NCBI GenBank assembly: GCA_965261395.1
Contig: OZ253462.1
Span: 992,001-1,056,000, forward strand
Length of the DNA stretch: 64,000 bases
Source of the DNA: Candidatus Latescibacterota bacterium
Lineage (GTDB): Bacteria > Latescibacterota > UBA2968 > UBA8231
Direction of reading: 5' to 3'
Shown: one piece after another, positions 19,723-28,268 of the stretch
How positions within the stretch are numbered: position 1 is the first letter of the stretch
Layout of the letters: the number at the start of each line of letters is the position of its first letter
Program-made: the position numbers and the translations under genes
The notes under the pieces: model-generated
What the model was told of the DNA's origin: nothing
The model's input: the letters and a program-made list of their open reading frames with translations, nothing else
Databases searched by the model: none

Positions 19723-22064
19723 TCTGGGCGATCATAAAGCAGCAACCGCGCGAGGATGGGGTCGTGGTCGCTGGCTTGGTTGGGGAACTCGGTGTTGACG
19801 TGGACATGGTCGAACTCGGGCTGGAGCGCGATCAGAGCCGAGCTGACCAGCAGGTGATCGAGCTGCTGGGAAATTCCCTGAAAGTTATAGGAATAGGCCA
19901 AATCTCCATCCATCGCGTCGCCGAGATTGAAGAGGAGCGGCGGAGTGCCGGCGAGCGTTTGCAGGACATCGCCCGGCGGCGGTTGTACTGGGTCGAGCGG
20001 AAACGGGCACTCGTTGAAATCCCCGAGCACGACGATGTTGGCGTTGGGATCGGCGGCCAGCAGCTCGGCGACGAGGTCGTGGATGAACGCGGCCTGCGCG
20101 AGGCGCTTGGCAAGCCCGCCATTCGTCGGCGGCTGGATTCGACCGAAGAGGGGTGGACTGCCAGACTTGGACGAGAAGTGGCAGTTGATCACCGTCAGCT
20201 TGGTTCCCTTGAAATCGAACGCGGCCTTGAGCGGTTTGCGGCTGTTGCGGAAGGCATCGTCGCCATCGGTGTCTTCAATGCGTTCCACCGAACCAATCAG
20301 GGCCACCCGACCGGGCTGGTAGAGGTACGCAACGCGGATATTGCCGCCCGGCTGGCCGCCGTCGGCCCCATCTGGGGGCGCGACATCCGCGTACTCATAC
20401 CTCGGACCACTGGCCGCAGCAATGGCGGCAATGAGCGTTTGCGCCGTCTGGTCCGCTGAAGTGGTGCCGTCGTTGACCGCGCCGCTGTTGTCCTGCACTT
20501 CCTGCAGGGCCAGCACGTCTGGTGCGCCCAAGCGATGGACAATTTGGTCGGCAATGGCCGCGAATTGACCGTCCGCTAGGTCCGCACTTTTGTCGTCGTC
20601 ATTGGGATCGAGATTGAACACGTTGAAACTGCCCACCGTCAGATGCTGGGCCGTGCCGACGAGGGTGGTCATTTCCGGCACCAAGCCAGCGCTCTCCACC
20701 ACCGGCTCGGTCAGGACGAGCACCTCAAAGTTGCCAAAGCGGTAGCTAACCGGGCCGCGCACATAGCCGAGTGCATCGCCGACCTGCGCGGCCGGCATGG
20801 CACCGGGTAGCAGACTGTCGTCGAGCTGGATGCGCTGCGGATGCAGGGTCTCCGACGTCAGATTCAACCCGCCCCGTGAGTTGAGCTGCTGCCTCGCACC
20901 AGCATCGGCGAGGACGACAATCTCGCCAAAGCGGTTGGTCGGACTAATGGCGACCGCGTCCTGCACCTCCACGAGCATGCCTTCTAGCGACTCGTAGAAG
21001 TCAATGCCGTCTTCCGCTGGGTCGAAAATTGCGAAGTTGTCGTTGTCGATCACCCTCGTCGGCGGTCGGCGGCCGGCCGCGCCAATGGCCACTGGAGCCG
21101 GTATGGGGTTGCCGGTTGACACGATCTGAATGCGGTCGGGCTGCGAGAATTCGGTTATCGACAGATTGTTGGTAGCCGCGCCGCCGGGAATGTATTCGAT
21201 CACAGTGCCGGTCACTTGTACCTCGTCGCCGATGGAGACCTTCGGGGCATTTTTGGTAAAGACGAACATCCCGTCGGATGTGCGCTCATCGCCGTCTCCG
21301 GTTGCGTCTTGGAAGTAGAAGCCATTGCGAGAGACAGCCGTTACAATGCCCCGCGTCGAGACTTGCTCGCCCTCGTGCGGCGAGGTGTGGCCAGCCCCTT
21401 GGATTTCGCAGATTCTGAGTACCGGGGGAGACGCCAGAGGGGCCGCGCTTGGGGTGTTGGCGACGATTGCCGAGTCCGTGCCGAAGACTTGGTCGGCATT
21501 TACAGCACCAAAGCTGGCCCGGGTCGGTACGCTCCAGAAAAAATCACCCGGCGCGGTGCCAGTGCCCTTGAGTTGCAGAGAAAATTCCACCGGCGTGGAA
21601 TTGGATTCGGCAACCCTGATGTCGGTGCTGGTCATGCCGTCAGCGGGTCCACCTGCTGCCGTGAAGGTCCCTTCGTAACTGAGGAACTGGACGACCTTGC
21701 CGTTGGCGACTAGGGCGATCCCGTCGGGGGCACCGTTCTGGATGCTTTTTGCAAAGCCGAAGGCGATCGTTCCGAACCCGTTGGCCTGATCCGGTATGAT
21801 CCCGCTTAAGTGCTTAGTACGGTATAAGGTGCCATTCCTCCCATTGTAGAGTGCCAGTGCCCAGCCGGAAAGATTGGTCCCGGCTGGCCCAGCGACCTCA
21901 ATGGCTTCGCCGGTATCCTTGCCGATGTTGTCGTAGTGAATTTCGTTGATGAATGCAGTTTGCCCCAGCAACGGCCCAGCCCCAATCGAGAGTAGCGAGG
22001 CGCAAAAAGCGGATCGGCGAAGCCAGCCGTGTTGGGGCTTGGAGCGTGTGTCGAACATGGTCAA
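19719..22064 (-). CDS. Secreted ExeM/NucH-like nuclease (lamin-tail-like + OB + EEP domains)
   Basis: Signal peptide, FINEIHYDN, IQGAGHTSP, ESLEGMLV, ALQEVQD, GDFN, LDH, SDHDP. Confidence 0.9.
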   Translation of the reverse strand: MTMFDTRSKPQHGWLRRSAFCASLLSIGAGPLLGQTAFINEIHYDNIGKDTGEAIEVAGPAGTNLSGWALALYNGRNGTLYRTKHLSGIIPDQANGFGTIAFGFAKSIQNGAPDGIALVANGKVVQFLSYEGTFTAAGGPADGMTSTDIRVAESNSTPVEFSLQLKGTGTAPGDFFWSVPTRASFGAVNADQVFGTDSAIVANTPSAAPLASPPVLRICEIQGAGHTSPHEGEQVSTRGIVTAVSRNGFYFQDATGDGDERTSDGMFVFTKNAPKVSIGDEVQVTGTVIEYIPGGAATNNLSITEFSQPDRIQIVSTGNPIPAPVAIGAAGRRPPTRVIDNDNFAIFDPAEDGIDFYESLEGMLVEVQDAVAISPTNRFGEIVVLADAGARQQLNSRGGLNLTSETLHPQRIQLDDSLLPGAMPAAQVGDALGYVRGPVSYRFGNFEVLVLTEPVVESAGLVPEMTTLVGTAQHLTVGSFNVFNLDPNDDDKSADLADGQFAAIADQIVHRLGAPDVLALQEVQDNSGAVNDGTTSADQTAQTLIAAIAAASGPRYEYADVAPPDGADGGQPGGNIRVAYLYQPGRVALIGSVERIEDTDGDDAFRNSRKPLKAAFDFKGTKLTVINCHFSSKSGSPPLFGRIQPPTNGGLAKRLAQAAFIHDLVAELLAADPNANIVVLGDFNECPFPLDPVQPPPGDVLQTLAGTPPLLFNLGDAMDGDLAYSYNFQGISQQLDHLLVSSALIALQPEFDHVHVNTEFPNQASDHDPILARLLLYDRPD

Positions 22065-22171
22065 CGTTCTTGGTTGGCGGCAAGCAGGAGCTGCGACGGG
22101 AGTGTTCTCAGCCGCGTTCCCGACGCAACAGCATCAATAATTCGGCGTGGCTTTGAACGCGGAGCTAAGCG

Positions 22172-22365
22172 CAATACGGTTTAGTTACGGGAACAAAGTG
22201 CGCCGACCCGAACCTGTTGCTCGTCCCCTTTTGTATCGTCATTCCGGCGAAAGCCGGAATCCAGCGGGGCGGGGGACTGGACTCCCTTCGCAGGAGTGAC
22301 ACCCCATGCAACTCCAAAAAATGAAACGGGTTAGACAATCATATCATGCTAACTAAACCGTATTG
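22172..22365. mobile_element. MITE, 194 bp, IS4-like ends
   Basis: Perfect 16-bp terminal IR caatacggtttagtta / taactaaaccgtattg; 10-bp direct repeat gagctaagcg at 22162-22171 and 22366-22375; no transposase. Confidence 0.85.
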
Positions 22366-22540
22366 GAGCTAAGCGGCTTGGCGTCTGCCTGATTCCAAGT
22401 GCCTGCGACGAGACTCTACCCGGTTCTATCCGCAGACGGTCCTTTACGACGGGTTGACCCATCTGTTTGCCATCGGCCCGTACGGGGTGAGATAAATTCT
22501 GCTGATCACCAACCGAACCTACCTCAAGTAGGGGCAGGCT

Positions 22541-24256
22541 CTATATGGCAAAGTCTGATTCACCCGTTTCGCTTGTACCTACTGATGGACCTGCTGGCTT
22601 GAACCCTTCTGTGGGCGTGTGGGAGCTGCTAGTGGGCGAGCGTTCTTCTCTGCATTTTTCACAACAAAAGCCACAGTCTGGGCAGATTAACTTGCTGCAA
22701 CGTTCACATAGCTCTGATTCACCTTCACCTAAAACTAAGGGATTCTTACCGCAGCGGGCTTTGTTTAACCATCCACCACAATAGGCAATTAATGTTGTCC
22801 ATGAATTCTCATTTGGGTCAGATTTTCCCCGTAAAATGTTAAAGCTCATTAATTGGAATACACGGAATCTGCGAATCAACTCATTTTCAGCAGTCCATAA
22901 AGTCCCTAACGCCTCGATAAGTGCATCTATGGTTTCCAGAGGATCATAAAGACCTAAAGGGTTATTACTTCCTTTGTAGAAAAGGAATTTTCTATAGTTC
23001 TCTGGCTTGAAATCAGAAACTGTTTTGGAGCAAGCAGCCATATCGAGAAAATGCTCCAATATCGTAAGAAATAGAAAAGGTAGTGAGAGTCCGTATTCTT
23101 TTATTCGGTTACACAACTGATTAAGGAAACACCATTTCCAGCGGTCAGCCTCTTTGTCTAAAATTTTCTTTAAGCCTATACCAGCCGCAATGGCTACTGG
23201 AATCAGGTCGGGCTTGTCTTTTAGCAAAGCAAGATCGGAAAAGTCTTTTAGTTCCTTTAGTGCGTTATCTCGTTCTGTGTAAACATATTCGGGATAGTCA
23301 AACACCCATGGTGGCAAAAGATAATCAATTGTCGGATTAGGATTTTTAAAATGAACCAAGCTACCAAATTCCTTCTTCAATATCTGTTGCTTTTCTAGAG
23401 TAGTTTCTCCAAGAAATAGGATTTTGGCATATTTGTGGTGTTCTGTAGGTTCCAGTAATTCAGGTGCCCGTATATAAGGAGAAAAAACACCAGAAATTAT
23501 CACGTTTTGGCCTTCTCTACTGCTCTTGAATTGTGGAATACAGTGTTCGGTATATCTATCTTTACTTTTCTGAGATCGACGCGAGTTTTTGACATCAATA
23601 GGATATCCATCAACTTTTAGGTCATAATCCCTCCAGTCGGAGTTGTTGTTTTCGTCGATCTGCGTAATCGAAATGTCTTCTACCGTTTTGGTTTTGTCTT
23701 GATTTTGATAAAAGTACATAGCTGTTTTTTCTGCAAATCTTGCGGAGAGTAAGCGGCCTAAGTGTCCTGCAGTCTTGCTGTCAGTTTTCATTAATTCTAC
23801 TAACGACATCCTATTGAGATTATTCATAGGAGTATTACACCACTTACCGACAAGCTGTATATCGTCCTCATTCAGTTCCGGAAGTGAAAAGTGTGCTCTT
23901 ACATCAGGATTCATAGCCTTTTCAGACAGATCAGAGAACCGCTTTCTGGCCATCGATTTTTGCTGGTATTCATTTGTTTTTTGAATAGTCTGCTCTGGAA
24001 TTATTCGCTTCTGATTCACCCTTGAGTCCGCACTCTCTCCCGTCACGAGGGCGATACGCCCCTCGGCAAAGTCCAGCATGGCACTGGCCGACGAGTTGGG
24101 CAGTTCTTCTTCGGGGATTTCGTCTTCGGCTTCTCTCAATTTACGCTCTGTGTTAATGTCTCGTGCGCGCTGCGACAGACTGCGACAGACTTGGAAGGCG
24201 TCGATTTCGCCTTCCAGCTTGAGGGCGACTTCCCGAGAAAACATCGACTTAGCCAT
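22541..24256 (-). CDS. Fusion ORF: RNAP omega (RpoZ)-like N-terminus + AT-rich putative PD-(D/E)XK nuclease with Cys-rich Zn finger
   Basis: DAFQVCRSLSQRARDIN...SAMLDFAEGRI is omega-like; DYDLKVDGYPIDVKNSR; CERCSKLICPDCGFCCEKC; GC falls after ~24020. Confidence 0.6.
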   Translation of the reverse strand: MAKSMFSREVALKLEGEIDAFQVCRSLSQRARDINTERKLREAEDEIPEEELPNSSASAMLDFAEGRIALVTGESADSRVNQKRIIPEQTIQKTNEYQQKSMARKRFSDLSEKAMNPDVRAHFSLPELNEDDIQLVGKWCNTPMNNLNRMSLVELMKTDSKTAGHLGRLLSARFAEKTAMYFYQNQDKTKTVEDISITQIDENNNSDWRDYDLKVDGYPIDVKNSRRSQKSKDRYTEHCIPQFKSSREGQNVIISGVFSPYIRAPELLEPTEHHKYAKILFLGETTLEKQQILKKEFGSLVHFKNPNPTIDYLLPPWVFDYPEYVYTERDNALKELKDFSDLALLKDKPDLIPVAIAAGIGLKKILDKEADRWKWCFLNQLCNRIKEYGLSLPFLFLTILEHFLDMAACSKTVSDFKPENYRKFLFYKGSNNPLGLYDPLETIDALIEALGTLWTAENELIRRFRVFQLMSFNILRGKSDPNENSWTTLIAYCGGWLNKARCGKNPLVLGEGESELCERCSKLICPDCGFCCEKCREERSPTSSSHTPTEGFKPAGPSVGTSETGESDFAI

Positions 24257-24345
24257 TATAGCTCCCAGATATCAAAGGTGGATGCATAGTTCTATATCCT
24301 CCGTGGACTGTTCATCTTGAACCACACCAAATCGTCGCGTCTTAT

Positions 24346-24939
24346 TTAACTCATCCCAGACAATAGCGCGAGCAGTTCGGCGTGGCTTTGGACGCGGAAG
24401 TCGGCCTCGGCAGTCCACAGGTCCTGACCTGCAGAGTCGTAGTAGATGGTGGTGACCTCGGCGCGGCGGCCGGCCTCTAGGTCGTAGCGGAAGTCGCCGA
24501 CCATTACGGCTGTTTCCGGCGCGGCATCCCAAGCGACAAGTAGCTTGCGAATGCCATCGGGATCGGGCTTGGGGGCGGCTTCGTCGCGGCCTAAGACGTG
24601 GACGGGATCGAAGAATTTGGCGAGCTCGCAGACGGCGAGCGTCTGCAACGCATTGGCGCGGTTGTTGCGGGTGAGGATGCCGAGTCGGGCACCGCGTTGG
24701 ACCAGTGAGGTCAGCAGCGCGTGGACGCCGGGTAGGGGCTGGGCGCGGAGGGCGTACTCGCGTTCGAGCGCGGCAAGGCGGCTTCTGAGCACGGCTGCTT
24801 CGGCGGCGGGGCGAGCGTCAATCTCTTCGAGCATCCCCTTGCCCAAAGGCAGGCCCAACTTCTGGCGCATATCGCCGAAGTCAATGGCGCTATCGGCCAG
24901 GGTGTTATCGAGATCGAAAATCCAGTGGGTGAAGTTCAT
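24346..24939 (-). CDS. HAD-superfamily hydrolase
   Basis: FDLDNTL, LTRN, KPDP, VGDFRYD. Confidence 0.9.
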   Translation of the reverse strand: MNFTHWIFDLDNTLADSAIDFGDMRQKLGLPLGKGMLEEIDARPAAEAAVLRSRLAALEREYALRAQPLPGVHALLTSLVQRGARLGILTRNNRANALQTLAVCELAKFFDPVHVLGRDEAAPKPDPDGIRKLLVAWDAAPETAVMVGDFRYDLEAGRRAEVTTIYYDSAGQDLWTAEADFRVQSHAELLALLSGMS

Positions 24940-25940
24940 ACCCCCAGAACTTCTCGTGCGGCCTGTGTAGTCTCGCGGACTTGGCCTAGGGTGCCCATCC
25001 CAAACATCGAGGCCGAGACGCCTATCTCCTTAAAGACATATTCGAATGCCTTGTGGCCAAGGTAGCGACCGCCGGCCAGCGGCTTGATGGCGATGACGGG
25101 TTTGCTGGCGTTTTTGATCGCGTCGATGGCCATATCGCGGGTGGGGAACATGAAGGTGCCCGGGGCGTTGACGGTGGTCAGGTAGCCATCGACGGGGATG
25201 TTTTCGGCCTCGAGGAGCGGTAGGGTGACACCGGCGTGGTGGACGCTGGTGATAACCGTGTCAAAGCGCTGGCGCAGAAAGCCCAAGTACTCGCGGATCA
25301 GGTCGAAGCGGCCAGTCATCGCCAGCAGGTCGATCTCAGCACCGGGGTCGGCAATGAGGATATCGCAGCCGGCGAAGAATCCCAAATATTGTTCGAGGAT
25401 GCCGTAGTCGATCTCGAAGCGGGCGGCGTCTTCTTCTGTGTAAGGTGGCACGGTCTCTGGGGTGACGATGCCGTTGAAGGTGTCGCCTAGGTTGTAGCGG
25501 ATGATGTCGTCGCGGTGGAAGTGCTCGCGGAAGGCCGCACCGCCGAGGGCTTCGTTGCAGCCATAGAAGGTCGAGTGGGCGCGCTCGGAGTAAGAGACGA
25601 TTTCGCCGTCCAAAGTCACCGGGATCAGGATATAGGCCACCATGCCGAGTTGGGTGTTGGTCTGTTGCTCGGTTTCCCAGATCGCTTGCAGGTGCAGGCG
25701 GTCGAGTTCGGGCAGCATGTGGTCCACTTGGACGGCGGTGATGCCGCCCTCTTCGACCGCGCAACGCAGAACGTCGGCTACGGATTGGACGCGGTTAAAG
25801 GCGCGAAAATTTTCGGCGTCGCGTTCCTTGTTCTGGTAGGAACAGCCATCGTAGGGATGGATGCCCATAATCAGGCGGGGAATTTCGGCTTGGCCGATCT
25901 GGGTGGTAGGGACGCTGCAACCTTCGAGATAGGTTTTCAT
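24936..25940 (-). CDS. Hypothetical protein, aldo/keto reductase-like fold
   Basis: IPRLIMG N-terminus and VIAIKPLAGG C-terminal motif. Confidence 0.55.
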   Translation of the reverse strand: MKTYLEGCSVPTTQIGQAEIPRLIMGIHPYDGCSYQNKERDAENFRAFNRVQSVADVLRCAVEEGGITAVQVDHMLPELDRLHLQAIWETEQQTNTQLGMVAYILIPVTLDGEIVSYSERAHSTFYGCNEALGGAAFREHFHRDDIIRYNLGDTFNGIVTPETVPPYTEEDAARFEIDYGILEQYLGFFAGCDILIADPGAEIDLLAMTGRFDLIREYLGFLRQRFDTVITSVHHAGVTLPLLEAENIPVDGYLTTVNAPGTFMFPTRDMAIDAIKNASKPVIAIKPLAGGRYLGHKAFEYVFKEIGVSASMFGMGTLGQVRETTQAAREVLGV

Positions 25941-25957
25941 CGCGTTGTTCCTGTTGA

Positions 25958-26959
25958 TTAGGCTTGGCGCTCGGCAAAAGGGGTCCAGCTACGGCCGGGT
26001 TTGTGGACGGGGGTCCGTTCGTAGCGGGTGCGGATTTCCTTGAATTCGGCGATGTCGGTGACTTCGCGCTGTGGATTTTCCGCGTTTTTGATGACAAAGT
26101 CGCCCTCCGTGGGCAAGCAGGCCATAGTGACCGGGTCGCGTTCTGGGTTGAAGTCTGCGGGGTCTTCGTCAATGTTATTCGGGATCTCGGCGTCTTGGTA
26201 GCGGAGATCGACGCTCCAGCGGACGATGTTGGTGTTGTTCTCAAAGGAGGCGTGCGGGGTGAGGTTGGTCATAAAGAGTACCGAGCCGGCGCGCATTGGG
26301 CAGGCCACAGGCTCGGGGGCGGGCAGGTCTTCGCGGGCGATTTCGAGATACCCGCCTTGCCCGCCGGTGTAGTGGCGGTAAACGCCGCGGCGATGCGATT
26401 TGGGGAGGACGTATAGGCAGCCGTTTTCAATGGTGGCATCGACGAGGGGAATCCAGCAGGTCACGATCAAGCTCCCGTCGCAGTGAGGCATGAAGTAACC
26501 CGAGTCTTGATGCCAAGGCACGGCACCGCGCGAGTAGCGAGGAGCCTTGGGGCGGATGCGGTACACGGACGAGCCAATGATGTCCGGGCCGACGAGGCTT
26601 TCGATGCAGGAGACGAGCGGCGGATGGCGCAAAAAGTCGAGAATGGCCTGTTCCTTGAAGCCGCCGCCGCCGTGCCCCATGATCGCTCGGGTCACGCGCT
26701 CGCCGACTGCGACATTGGCTTTGAAAAGGGAGCCGAGCCGGGTTTCAAAGGGTTCGGCGGCAAAGGTCTCTGCGCCGAGTAGCCCTTCTTTTTGCAAGGT
26801 GGTACACGTCTGGTCAATGACGGCGGTGAGGCCGTCATTGAGGGGTTGCAGATCGGCTTGGGAGTAGATTTCTTCTTTGACTACGTAGCCGAGATCGTGG
26901 AATTGCTGGCGTTCGGCAGTGGTTAGGCCCATAACATGCTCCGGGTGAAAGGTCGTCAA
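25958..26959 (-). CDS. PhyH family dioxygenase
   Basis: PWHQDSGY, WIPLVDATIENGCL, TPHAS, RWSVDLRY; start may be the downstream ATG (MGLT). Confidence 0.9.
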   Translation of the reverse strand: MTTFHPEHVMGLTTAERQQFHDLGYVVKEEIYSQADLQPLNDGLTAVIDQTCTTLQKEGLLGAETFAAEPFETRLGSLFKANVAVGERVTRAIMGHGGGGFKEQAILDFLRHPPLVSCIESLVGPDIIGSSVYRIRPKAPRYSRGAVPWHQDSGYFMPHCDGSLIVTCWIPLVDATIENGCLYVLPKSHRRGVYRHYTGGQGGYLEIAREDLPAPEPVACPMRAGSVLFMTNLTPHASFENNTNIVRWSVDLRYQDAEIPNNIDEDPADFNPERDPVTMACLPTEGDFVIKNAENPQREVTDIAEFKEIRTRYERTPVHKPGRSWTPFAERQA

Positions 26960-26980
26960 AGGGTATCCCCTCTGTCCGCG

Positions 26981-28198
26981 CTAGTCAATGGCACCCCGGA
27001 ACAGCAATTTCCTCGCGGCCTCATTCTCAGACGCGAACAGAAGTGCCGCTGCGCTGTCGAGGTGTACGCCCGCCCGCCCGTCCGCTGCTGCTTGCTGGCG
27101 AAGCTGGTATAGGGCGATGGGCAGCCGCAGATCTTCTGGGCTGTACGGAAAGGTTTTGCCGGCCTGCTTTTTGCGGTAGTCCTGTAGCACTTCGAGATAG
27201 CGATAGCCGAATTCTGTCGTCGGCTCGATTATGGTGCCCTCGCCGAAATCGTTCCAAGTAACGATCTGGATCAGCGACGCGCGCTCCCCGGCGCGTTCTA
27301 GCGTCTCGTCAAAAACCGCACCCTCTTGGTCGTCTAGGTACCCGTAGCTTTCGCGCACACCGGCTTGCTCGTAGATGTCGTGGAACTTGGGGAACGCCGT
27401 GCCGACGCCGCCCTTCTCGTAGAGCTGGCTTAGATATGTACGCCAAGCGGCCGGAGGCACGACGCGGCCGTCGTGTACTGGAGGCCAGCCGAACACCCCA
27501 TCAGCTCCTTCTTGCAGTGAGTTCAGGGTGTAGAAGTACGGAGGTTGCGGCAAGCCCGAAAATAGCTCCTTCCACTCCGCCCCTTTGAAATACTGCGGGC
27601 CGAATACGAGAAGCAGGGGCCGACCCGCGATTTTGGCGTATTCGTCGGCGACAAACCAGTGGTCCTGCATCCAGCGCAAGACCTCCTGGCCGTGGCTAAG
27701 GGCTTGGTTTTCGCGGATAATCCCGCCGTTGACGAGGTGCTTTACCGTTTGGTCTTCGTAACAAATGGCAAAGCTCAATCCGGCCTTTTTGATGTAGGTG
27801 ATTAGGTGGTTTGTATTGCGGTGGATCGCGGCGTAATCGTAGTGATCTTTGGTGCCGTACCAGTCGATGATCGCGCCGCCAATGCCCGCGAATTTCATAA
27901 GCAATACATGACATTCCAATGCGTGTGGATCGTTTGAATCGTACGGCCCGATCAATGGGTAGTAATGAGAGGCTATTTCGCGGCGGCCATCGTCGGCGAT
28001 GGTGTCGGGATCAAAGTGATTCATCGTCCAGTGCCAGCCCCACTCGCCGCTGACCGGTTTCGACGCATACCAGGGCATGTAGTGGACCATTATTTGGGGG
28101 CTTGCCGCAGACAGCGGCTGAATGTCCGGATCAACGAGGCTTTTGACGCAGGAGTACAGCGACACACAGCAGAAGGCGATGAGCGGGAGGCGTTTCAT
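26981..28198 (-). CDS. GH99/GH71-like glycoside hydrolase, probable lipoprotein
   Basis: HYMPWY, SHYYPLIGPYDS, TWNDFGEGTIIEP; lipobox-like LYSC. Confidence 0.8.
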   Translation of the reverse strand: MKRLPLIAFCCVSLYSCVKSLVDPDIQPLSAASPQIMVHYMPWYASKPVSGEWGWHWTMNHFDPDTIADDGRREIASHYYPLIGPYDSNDPHALECHVLLMKFAGIGGAIIDWYGTKDHYDYAAIHRNTNHLITYIKKAGLSFAICYEDQTVKHLVNGGIIRENQALSHGQEVLRWMQDHWFVADEYAKIAGRPLLLVFGPQYFKGAEWKELFSGLPQPPYFYTLNSLQEGADGVFGWPPVHDGRVVPPAAWRTYLSQLYEKGGVGTAFPKFHDIYEQAGVRESYGYLDDQEGAVFDETLERAGERASLIQIVTWNDFGEGTIIEPTTEFGYRYLEVLQDYRKKQAGKTFPYSPEDLRLPIALYQLRQQAAADGRAGVHLDSAAALLFASENEAARKLLFRGAID

Positions 28199-28203
28199 TC
28201 AAT

Positions 28204-28229
28204 AATTATCCGCAGATGGACGCAGATGG
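28204..28229. repeat. 26-bp dispersed repeat, copy 1
   Basis: aattatccgcagatggacgcagatgg identical to 63762-63787. Confidence 0.8.
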
Positions 28230-28268
28230 ACGCACAAGACGATCTGCATCTCGAATCGTTCAAGTTAT

